Assembly (NCBI GenBank): GCA_023515725.1
Contig: JALDTO010000316.1
Coordinates: forward strand, 1-20,708
Length of the DNA: 20,708 bases
DNA from: Amoeboaphelidium protococcarum X5
Lineage: Eukaryota; Fungi; Aphelidiomycota
Direction: 5' to 3'
Part shown: positions 11,171 through 20,708 of the stretch, piece by piece
Layout of the letters: each line of letters starts with the position of its first letter
Position numbering within the stretch: position 1 is the first letter of the stretch
Notes under the pieces: generated by a model
What the model was told of the DNA's origin: nothing
The model's input: only the letters and a program-made list of their open reading frames with translations
Database searches by the model: none
Made by a program: the position numbers and the translations under genes

Positions 11171-13426
11171 ATGGCTGATATCGAAGAAATAATTGCATAA
11201 TTGCCCTTTCCTTTAGGAGAACAAGTTGTAAACCGATAAGGTGTACGTCCGGGTGCTCCGGTCCCATACGTAAGGATAAATGAAAAGCTAAATGAAAATG
11301 CTGATATAATATGTTGTGTCTGCTCTGCACGATTGTATGATGAAGAAGCCCATATTAGAACTGATGGTATCATAAATAACGCCCTCTTCAATGCTCTGTA
11401 GTAGTAGCCAACCCGCTCAGATGACAACCGTTATCTAGCCTGCAACGTTTGCTCGAAATTAGCTGTCAATAAATTCCCGTAACCATTCATGCCCTATCGC
11501 GATCTGTAATAATTCATTGATTAAGGTCTTGCTGTTGGTGTTGTTAAAGTGATAACTACTTACTAAAGAACTCACTCAGTTATTCGTAATGTTCCAGGAT
11601 TTCTAAAATTCAAAGGGGATGTCAAGCTGGTGTTTAATGATCAATTGATACTAGCTATTCGTGCTCTACGTAATAATCAATTTGTGTTTAACGTGGAAGA
11701 CTAATATGTGGCACTGGCACAATGCTTATTGGAGAAATAGCATTTTGCATAATCTCTAAACTCCCCCGTTGGTCGTGCTTTGCTTGATGGAGAACCCGTG
11801 ACTATCCGCGATGTTGCTAAAGATAATCTACTCACTCTATGGGCTTACCCACAATACTTTAATGATATAAGTTAATTGCCTGATGTCACCAGTGAATCAA
11901 CTATCCTTTAATGGCTGCGTCTCCGTCTGTTCGGTCCATGCTTTCCATATCGAGATGATTCAGTCTTTCAATATTATTTGTTCACTGAAATGGAATTGCA
12001 ACGCGCGTATAGGCATTTTCATTATCGTGCCAAGAACCCTGATGAGCATAATCGCCCATTGCGGAACTAGGACGTGTTGATGAATGTCGGTTAGCGATTA
12101 TCGTATAATCAATTAACCACATGTCCAGTGCCATCCAGTTTCCGACTTAGTGCATCGTTCAAAGTCAGCAAGTACCTCGACTTGTTAGCCGTTGCCAAAG
12201 ATTTCGGTGAGCCTACCTTATTCCTCACCTTCTCCTCAAATATGTTTGGATGGCCTTCCTTGACTGAGTTTATCCGTCGTGTAAAGGGAAGAAATTCACC
12301 TCCAAACAATGAGGCAATTCTATACGCCAGATACTTTAAACGGAGATTTTAAATCTTTTATAATGAGTATATTTTAAAAGTATTCGCCAGAAAAGTAGGT
12401 GGTATAGATTGGTCTTATTAAGTCGTGGAAACTGGTAAAAATGGTTTCTTGCATGTGCATTTAATCATGAAAACTGGCGACTCCATTTAAAGAATGATTG
12501 ACAAAAATATCATTAGGAGTTCTGCACATGGCGCGTCTAGAGTGGTATTTGATAAACTACATAAATATCAAATCCACAAATGCGGTGATTACTGTCTGGT
12601 CGATGGAAAATGTCGGTTTGATATACCTCGACAACGGCAATAGGAAACCGAACTAGTTGGGGATCACGTCAAATACAAGATGAGATGCGCGTTTGATATC
12701 CGTCTGGTGAATTGCATTGATGAAATGCTTTTGTGTTGGGATGGGTAGATGAACGCGTAGTATGTGCCTAGTGGGAAAATTGGACAATACGTTACTAAAT
12801 ATTGTTCCAAGTCTGATTCTTCTGTTGAAAATCCAGCCTTTGTAGTTGCTAACAATGTTGATACATAGTTACGATAATCATTGGCTGTGTATTTTCGACA
12901 AAGAACAGTTCATACCACATATCTAACGTATATTATGCTTGGCTATGGGACTGATTGTTGCACTCGGGATGTTATATATATCCCTCCGATTTTACAGTCT
13001 TACCAGCATGGTATACTGAGACCGTTACATGTCCTAGAGTAACTTGAGGATGATAGTGATTAAATATTTTACTACAGTAAAGTTGTAAAATATTTAAAAA
13101 GGCCACCACAATACCATCACTTATCATACCCTGAGTTCTATAGGCGCGTGATAGTTACCGAACACCAAGATGGACATACAACCTACCGGGAGAGAAGACG
13201 ACCAGTTGCAGTGCGCTCGTATTACTTTTCAGTCTCTGCAGGGGAAAAGTTTTACGAGTAAGCACTTTTATGGACAACTTGTCCAATTTATTAGGAAGCT
13301 GGCTATCCGGGAAATGACTATCTCTCAAATATGCATCCGAATAATAGGATGGCATTCCTGGAGAGTCATAGAAATCCTGATGTTGTACGCATTTTACGCG
13401 CTCATCATAGACTGACTCAAGATTGA
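11171..13426 (+). CDS. Helitron-type HUH (Y2) Rep transposase without fused helicase, 751 aa
   Basis: Uninterrupted code-6 ORF with N-terminal CCVC...CNVC Zn site, motif 1 GEPTLFLTFSS, motif 2 VVETGKNGFLHVHLI (HVH at 12452-12460), HKCGDYC...CRFDIP, motif 3 YVTKYCSK (from 12788) and C-terminal YLKRP...LSYPEFY. Confidence 0.92.
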
Positions 13427-13454
13427 ACACAACTTAATATAAAACACGTATAAT

Positions 13455-14150
13455 TCATAATTCTATTTCTTTTTCTTCATAATACTAATAGACGCGATTG
13501 TCATTGCACAACAGACTTTATCCGTCAAACTATCCTAGCAGGTGTACATTTTAATGGTTGGGAACTCTTGCAATCGCCGAATATGCCAACCCATGACCAA
13601 ACAATGGAGACATGAGAATGTTTAGCCCAGGAAGAGTTTGTGACTACACTTTATGTATTGTGGCCGCATAACCAGGACTGATAGCAAACTGAATTCTTGT
13701 AAATCCACTTGGTGCATCTGTTCCAATAAACCTTGGAATTTCAACAATTTATCCGGGCCATGCATCAAATTCAATGAAAACACTAGTTCCATCGCGCGAT
13801 ATTCGATGCAAGTACCCAAACATCCCATTTTTAATGTGTGACAATGCTCCCAAATGATTAGCAACAATCATAATCCTCATACCTTCAACCAATAAAACAT
13901 TGGCCTTCAGATCATAAGTACCACCACGTACTCTTCGCGCGTCATCGCGTTCCAGATACTCCCAATCTTGAATATCAATCGCCGGTATGTTGACAGCATA
14001 TCTATTGGGGTCGTTCAGCAGAACAGCCAATCTGAAATTATTTATTTCGTCACACTACTGCACTGTAGGAGCAAGCACCATAAAGCGTTGGTCGTAGTTA
14101 ACAGACCGCATTTGCTGCAACATAGCAAAACAACGATCATTAATCATTCG
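13455..14150 (-). CDS. Pif1-family (SF1B) helicase, 3' part (gene split by copia insertion)
   Basis: VLAPTVQQCDEINN, GMRIMIVAN...IKNGMFG, RIQFAISPGYAATIHKVQSQTL and FGHGLAYSAIARV. TGA at 13457-13455. Confidence 0.92.
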
Positions 14151-14270
14151 TGTTAGGTTGTGACGAAACACGTACAACGTCAGTGAAAAATGATCAAACT
14201 ACTTCTTCAAGTGAAGTAGAAATAACAATAATTGGTTATTATTTATTTTCTACTTATTACGTTTTTAACA
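14151..14270 (+). repeat. 5' LTR (120 bp)
   Basis: 119/120 identical to the 3' LTR (acgtacAacg vs acgtacGacg). Confidence 0.97.
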
Positions 14271-14281
14271 TTTCTACTTCA
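14271..14281 (+). promoter_or_regulatory. Non-tRNA primer-binding site, complementary to LTR 14212-14222
   Basis: TTTCTACTTCA follows the LTR directly and is the exact reverse complement of TGAAGTAGAAA inside the LTR. There is no TGG. Confidence 0.6.
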
Positions 14282-14318
14282 ATTTATCATATCATATCAG
14301 GTTCTATCAAAAGCTAAT

Positions 14319-17300
14319 ATGGACAGCAGCAAGGACGATGCGTATCATGGAACGATATTTTGCGGCCCTAATTTCACTGCCTGGCACAAGTCGTTACTCA
14401 CTTAAGCCAGAGAGAAGAAGGTGGACGCGGTGCTGGGTAAGAAGGTGTACAAAGAGATCAAGAAGCTTGGCTCTGTTGAAGACTATTATGCAAATCTCTT
14501 GTCTAATCTGGATAGCGCCAGCCAAACTCGCGTCGTCTCCGTCGGAACGGACGCGTCAGCCGTTAATCAGGCAGCTCCCGATAGTAGTGCATAGAGAGGT
14601 GACGTTGGAAAGTAAGGTGGAGCTAGAAAGGATGTAGTCCCGTCCTCTGTACAGTCCGTATCTTCAGGTGGATCTTCAAGTCTGGATAAGCATAAGGTGA
14701 TTTCGGAAGTTTTGGGAATGAACAGCAAAGCTCTGGCAATTATCGAGAATTCCATCGAACCTCAGCTGAGATATATCATCATCAAGTGCAAGTACGCGTA
14801 TGAAGCAGTATAAGCAGTGGAGGCATATTGGAACGCTAAGTCTCCTAAGCACTCTGGCCTGCTTGCTGAACAATTGGAAAGTCTCACCTTCCAACAGTTC
14901 AATCATTCAGTGAAACTTCTATTTGCGATGAGAACGATTGTTGAGGAGATGTAGAAGTGTGGAGATACTTCTATTTCGGAGTAAAAACTAGCCTAGAAGT
15001 TCTTAGATAAGCTACCGTAGGGCCCAACGTATGGCGATATCCGCGCGTTGGACAACGTTTCCACTTACTTAAAGAAGCCTCTGACTACCGCGGATCTGAT
15101 GGACACTCTGACTAGTATTGAGCTATAGCGCCAGATACAAGCCTTACGTTAATCTGGTGGTGAGTCTACTGAATCTGTGTAAGCTAATGCAATGGTTAAG
15201 TAAGGAGCTTCGTTTAAAGGTAATCGCAAGCAGTAATTCTCTACAGGCGGGAGTAGTAGCAAGTACTGCACTAACTGCAAGAAAGCGAACCATACTGCTG
15301 AAGAATGCTACTGGCCTGGTGGAGGTGCTGAGCACAAACGTCCTGCTCACTTAATACCTAGAGACAAAGATTAAAGTCATGGCATAAAGAAAGTCAAGTT
15401 CAGTGCTAATGTTGCTCAAAGTGCTGAAGACGCTAACTTTGTGTCTCTAGTGACTCACGTCATGACCCTCAATGCGGCTATTGACTCTACTGCTCTAGAC
15501 AACCAGAATGTCTGGTTAAGTGATGGAGGTTGCAACAAATTTGTTACGTGTAGAAAAGACTGGTTGTACAATTACCAAGATTGTTCTGCTGTTTGCACCA
15601 CTATTGATAATAGCACTTTGGTTACCGTGGTAGGTAGAGGCAGCATATAGTTTGAAATGCGTAATGACCAAGGTAAACTAACCATTGCCACTGTTGAGGA
15701 CGTCTTGTACTCTCCTAGCTTCTCCTTTAATTTATTCCCTGTTGGGCCGGTTGATGACAAGAAAATGTATGTGGTATTTGGGGAAGGCATGAAGAAAATC
15801 TACCAAAATGGAGAATGTATTGCAACTGGTTAGAAAATGAGTTCTGGACGTTTTGATGGATTGTATGTTATGGACATCAAGGTGATCTGGCCCAAGTCTC
15901 ATCAATCCGAAGGCAGTGATCCGAAGCGTCACAAGTCTGATGATCAAAGTAAGAGCGAGGCAGATGTAGTCAGTCTGTCAGCAAGTATCAATGCTAAGAC
16001 CATCCACGAACGTCTCGGACATCCTAGCAAGGGAATCGTGAAGAAAATGGTGTGACTAGATATGTTAGGATAAGTTAGCCATGACATCGACTTTGATTAA
16101 ATAGATCACTGTGATCCCTGTCTGCAAGCGAAAGCTACTCGCGCTCATTTTTCTAAACGGAAAGATTCTCGGTGGGACAAGAAAGAGATGCCTCTACGGA
16201 CACCTCGTGTTCTTTATATGCTTCATGCGGATCTCATCGGTCCCATTGGCATTCAAACACCTCAGAAGTAATCCTACATCTTGACTATAGTAGATGACTA
16301 CTCAGGCTATGCATGGGCGGAATTGTTGTACAGCAAAGATTAAGCATCCTCGGCCATTTAAGTGCTTAACGCTAGAATGAACGTGGAAACTGGTGAGAAG
16401 ATCAACACTCTAAAATGCGACTAAGGTACTGAGTTTGTGAACTAAGATCTTAAAGGATTCTGTCGTGATTATGGAATCCTTTTAGATATGGTGCCTAGAT
16501 ATACACCTTAGTTGAACGGAGTAGCTGAAAGATATAATCGTCGGATTGTAGAAGGTGTATGCAGTATGTTACTATCCAGTGGGTTGCCCAGAAGATATTG
16601 GGGCCTTGCAGTGCAGGCTTATGTATATGTGGCGAATAGAGTTTTAACAAGTGCTCGTAATGCCGCCGGATAACTGTAAATAACACCGTACGAAGTATAC
16701 CATGGGAGCTAACCGCGCTACAATCATTTGAGAATTTGGGGCTGTCCCGTTACGTACTTCGTACCTAAAGAAGCAAGAGCTGATAAATTCAAATTCTCTA
16801 GTCGTACTGCTAAAGGTCATTTCATTGGGTATAGACCAAGCGGTTATCAGATTCTCACTGCTTAAAATTCATTACTCGATGTTCCTTTTGATGAAGTCGT
16901 CTTTCACGAGGTTGCACGTTAGACTTATGGTGCCTAGGAGTTTGACTTGATGTATGAATCGTTCTATCCTCCAGATCTCTCAGACACATAGTCGGAATCT
17001 GGTTTGATGTTGGGCGAAAGCAGCACCTCTTGTGACTTGACATAGAATCCAGATTAATCCCGTTCTTCATTCGGCGAAAGCTCTGATAATATGCGCTCCA
17101 CTTTGGGCGAAAGACATGTAGATTAGACCAATGTGCATGACAATGATTAACATACGCCAAATCCTCAGATGGAGGTGGGCGGAAGTGATGATGTTGATGT
17201 TATGCCTACCGGTTTGGTAGATGATGTTTATGTGAACACTTAAAGTGATGTGTCTTAAGTGAATGTGTAAGTATCGGGCTCGAATGTGCCGTAAGAGAAT

Positions 17301-19349
17301 GTGAATGTGAATGTTCAAGATCTTAATGTGAATGCGAATGATTAAGAGCCTAATGTGAATGTGAATGATTAAGAGCCTAATGTGAATGTGAGGGATGATG
17401 CAGACGCGACGAATGTGTAAGCTATATAACAGAGATCTGCGTGTCTTAAAGTTGGTGGTAAGCGAATCAGTCGTCGCCTGCGTAATATCAGTGCAGAGTC
17501 TAATCCTTTAGAGCAAAGTGAAGAGCAAGAGGATGAGGAAGACGCTCTGGTGAATAAGAGACTCAAACGCCTGGTTGAAGAACTCAAAATCGACATGAAC
17601 ACACGGGCTGATATCAAGGCACTCTCGTCTCAGGTGAAGATAAACGAACTAATTGATGACTTTGTTCAATGCTATCTCTCTAAGCTTGAGGTTGAAGAGA
17701 TGCCGTATGATGTGACTTGTCTATTCAATGAAATCTATTGTGGCTCAGACATACCTGTGACTCCTAAGACCGTTGCAGAGGCTATGTTACTTAAAGAATG
17801 GCCGCAGTGGAAGGCTGCGATGGAGGATGAGTTGAGGAGTCTTCTTAAACATGGGACTTGGAAAAGGTCCATTCTGCCATAAGGCTTTAAAGCGCTCCCT
17901 TGCAAATGGGTTTTTAAGATCAAGCTTGATTCCAGTGGGTAGGTGGAGAGATTCAAGGCTCGATTAGTTATTTAAGGATTCCGTCAAGTGAAGGATGTTG
18001 ATTACACCGAGACATTTGCTCCGGTGGCTAAGTTTAACACGATTAGGATGGTAATTGCTATAGCTGCAAAGTATGATATGATAATCCATTAAATGGATGT
18101 AAATACTGCGTTTTTAAACGGAATACTGAATGAGGAGATTTACATGAAAGGGCCTGTGGGTACCGAATTTGAAGGTCAGATACTGCGTCTACTGAGAAGT
18201 CTTTATGGGCTCAAATAAGCACCGAAATGCTGGAACAATACAATTCATTAGTTTCTTGTCGAGATTGGTTTCAAGAGAAGCCATGCCGACAATTGTCTTT
18301 ACATCAGGCGCAAGCACGGTAGATTATTTATGATAGTGCTCTATGTCGATGATATTCTTTTAATTACTTAGCGCTAATCAGATATTGATGCCGTCATAGC
18401 ACAGCTGGCTCAGCGTTTTGACATGAAAGATTTAGGTCCTGCTGAGCATATTGTTGGGATTCGGATCAAGAGGTCAATGCCTTAGAAGATTATCTAATTA
18501 GATCAACGCACTTACCTGGAACGTGTTCTTACTCGCTTTGAAGCGGACAACTGTGTTGGAGTCTCAACACCCATGAGTCTTTAGGCGATTAACGTTGATG
18601 TTGATGATGGTTTCTTGGATGTTTCTTATAGAGCGTTGATTGGTTCATTGATGTATCTTATGGTGGGTACGCGTCCCGACATTGCATTCGTTGTTGGTTA
18701 CTTAAGTAAATATCTGTCGAATCCTAAGATGGAACACTACAGTATGGTCAGAAGGGTCCTGCGATACTTGGCTGGTAGTAAAGATCTTGTTTTGATTTTC
18801 GATGGGAAGAAAGATCTGCTTCCCATTGCTTATGCCGATGCAGACTTTGCTAACGATTAAGAGGGAAGGCGGTCTACCACCGGCTATGTAATTCAAATGT
18901 GTGGCGCTAGTATCTCTTGGAAGTCCAAGTTGTAAAGTGCAGTTGCGTTAAGTAGCACTGAAGCAGAGTACTATGCCGCTGCTGCTGTGTGTTAAGAGCT
19001 GTGCTGGTTTAGGGAGATTCTGAATGAAGTAGGGCTCGATATTGTGGTTGATGGGCTAAGGTTGTTAGCTGATGAAGAAACTGTTGATAGAGTGAAGGTT
19101 CATCCACTTAAAGTTATGGAAGACAACCAGAGTTGTATTGCCATTACAAAGAATCCGGAGAAGTTTAGCAGAACTAAGCATATCGAAGTTAAGTATCATT
19201 TTGTCAGGGAGTTAACTGAAAGCGGCCGCGTTATGTTTGAATATGTGAATACGTAGGAGCAGACTGCTGATGTTCTAACCAAGCCGCTGACTCCTACGCT
19301 ATTCCGAAGACATGTTGCCAGATTGGGTCTAGATTAAAGTCGCTGTTGA
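14319..19349 (+). CDS. Copia gag-pol polyprotein in a single frame (~1676 codons) with one internal TGA at 16053-16055
   Basis: CTNCKKANHTAEEC zinc knuckle; protease WLSDGG; integrase HERLGH..CDPC, LHADLIGP, IVDDYS, CDQGTEF, TPQLNGVAERYNR; RT KARLVIQG, HQMDVNTAFLNG, SLYGLKQAP, YVDD; RNase H YADADFA, STEAEY, EDNQS, RTKHIE, ADVLTK. Confidence 0.93.
17325..17390 (+). repeat. 27-bp in-frame tandem repeat (NVNxNDQEP, ~2.4 copies) in the IN-RT linker
   Basis: aatgtgaatgcgaatgattaagagcct aatgtgaatgtgaatgattaagagcct aatgtgaatgtg. Confidence 0.85.
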
Positions 19350-19375
19350 GTTGCACGTATATCCTCAGGCGAAAG

Positions 19376-19495
19376 TGTTAGGTTGTGACGAAACACGTAC
19401 GACGTCAGTGAAAAATGATCAAACTACTTCTTCAAGTGAAGTAGAAATAACAATAATTGGTTATTATTTATTTTCTACTTATTACGTTTTTAACA
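19376..19495 (+). repeat. 3' LTR (120 bp), preceded by a short atypical PPT (aggcgaaag)
   Basis: Direct repeat of 14151-14270. Confidence 0.97.
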
Positions 19496-19500
19496 ATTCG

Positions 19501-20106
19501 CCTTCTCAAAAACCTCAAAAAGTACATCATATCAGGATCATTACGATGTCTGATACTTTCCTTCATCTCTACCACAGCCAATCGCCTGAATGGAGCATAC
19601 ATGAAAATCCAACTTCCAGAAGGTGGAGCGCATTAGAAAAAGTCTCCAAAAAACACAACTTCAACGCCACCACAAAACGAATCAACTTGATCGAATAGAA
19701 CTCTCAACTTATTGTCCACAGCCATGATAAGTTCAGCCTACAGCATACTCACTTCATCGACAATCATCACAACATCCGCAGCTTGCGCGTCATCAGGAAG
19801 TCCAAGGTCTGATTTTGTTTGCACAGTGGAATGCCATACTTCTTCTCTTGTAATCGTTTGTCGTTTACTCAGACGAAACGTTGAATGTATTGTATGAGCG
19901 GCAACATTGATTGATGATATTCCAGTTGGAGCAACTAGCACGACATGTTTACCAATTGATTATGCATACGCCTAACATCTCTAAAGTAGAAATGATTTGC
20001 CAGTACCAGGTAGTCCAAGAACCACTTTACTCTCTGCATTTTCAAATACCCATTAAAAAGTAGGCCTCTACTCAACTGGATCTAACTAATTAAGAAATTA
20101 TTCCAT
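19501..20106 (-). CDS. Pif1-family helicase, 5' part; 433 aa when rejoined with 14150-13455
   Basis: ATG at 20106; Walker A GLPGTGKS, VAPTG, TIHS, Walker B IVDEVSM and GGVEVVFFGDFFQ. Removing the copia element and one TSD restores the frame (..FLRR|RMIND..). Confidence 0.92.
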
Positions 20107-20634
20107 ACTACAACTTCTAGATTATACTGATTATACTATATGAATCAGAGGTGCAATAAATGTAATTTTAAACTACCGAAAGAAGATATAGATCACTAAT
20201 CAATCTGGACTCAATCATGACTTCGCCAAGCACCACACATGCAACTGTCCAATGAGCTCTCTACGGAACGACGCGTCAGGCCACATTGTTCTGACCAATC
20301 AGGATCAGCTACCAACAAAATTCTCGATTCCAATATGCGCGTACACTAACACTATCTCATACTTTCATCTCGGTTTAAATACATGTATTGTTATAGCTAC
20401 CGTTTTAAATACGCGCAAATCCAATGATTGTCATGCACGCCTACGATTTGCTGTTTTCAAGTGTCGGCGTGTATTTCTGTCTTTACAGCAATGTACACAC
20501 GTGACATGCCCGCTCGCCAGGTTATACTGTAATTGAAGCATGCACTTTGTGGAGCAAGGCGCATGTTTACACTATACACCCCTACAGCCATACATATGAC
20601 AATGGTTGAAATTGCTTCGTGTGTTGAAGCGGAA

Positions 20635-20679
20635 ACAATATCAACAGCAACAATTGTGACATTGTTGATGTTGAATTGT
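20635..20679 (-). other. Imperfect hairpin just downstream of the 28S 3' end (3'-ETS-like stem-loop)
   Basis: acaat-a-tcaaca-g-caacaat [tgtgac] attgttg-a-tgttga-attgt. Confidence 0.7.
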
Positions 20680-20684
20680 GTGTG

Positions 20685-20708
20685 ACAAATCCTTAGAACG
20701 GGCGAGCT
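20685..20708 (-). rRNA. 3' end of a second 28S rRNA copy or fragment, running out of the window
   Basis: acaaatccttagaacgggcgagct is identical to 8970-8993. Confidence 0.85.

Larger units (their letters stand above)
14151..19495 (+). mobile_element. Full-length Ty1/copia LTR retrotransposon, 5345 bp, 5-bp TSD ATTCG
   Basis: LTRs 14151-14270 and 19376-19495 (TGTTA...TAACA). TSD at 14146-14150 and 19496-19500. Domain order gag-PR-IN-RT-RNaseH. Confidence 0.97.
9572..20653 (+). mobile_element. Rolling-circle (Helitron2/Helentron-related) element with separate, convergent Rep and Pif1 helicase genes plus two accessory ORFs, flanked on both sides by 28S 3'-end sequence
   Basis: HUH Rep and Pif1 CDSs are listed below. 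The left junction with 28S is sharp (gccagtta|ttactacttatatc). The right boundary is uncertain (20107-20653), and the mobile unit may include the rDNA fragment (8941-20653). Confidence 0.8.

Noticed and set aside
17297-17390. Short repeats as a possible CRISPR-like array
   Set aside because: They are in-frame coding tandem repeats without unique spacers, in a eukaryotic retrotransposon.
20252-20536. 94-aa plus-strand ORF
   Set aside because: No recognisable motif, and it overlaps the probable promoter/spacer region. It is unsupported but not excluded.

Overview
Eukaryotic DNA that reads cleanly only if TAA/TAG encode Gln and TGA is the sole stop (translation table 6). The fragmented ORF track is an artefact of using the standard code. 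The fungus-like gene content suggests an aphelid such as Amoeboaphelidium (inference). The left part (1-8940) holds host genes: a large Rap/Ran-GAP (+), a probable structured ncRNA, an NPSN-like Qb-SNARE with two short introns (-), an SDR/ketoacyl-reductase (-) and a ThrE/Prm10-like membrane protein whose 5' half is cut off at 8940. From 8941 there is a composite unit. It begins with the last ~600 nt of 28S rRNA (minus strand), broken next to the peptidyl-transferase centre. This is joined to a four-gene rolling-circle module: an OB-fold/SSB-like ORF, an unknown ORF, an intact 751-aa Helitron-type HUH Rep (+) and a separate, convergently transcribed Pif1 helicase (-). The unit's first bases recur at 20654, where a second 28S 3' end begins. 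The helicase is split by a young 5.3-kb Ty1/copia retrotransposon (120-bp LTRs, ATTCG target duplication) whose primer-binding site is complementary to its own LTR rather than to a tRNA 3' end.
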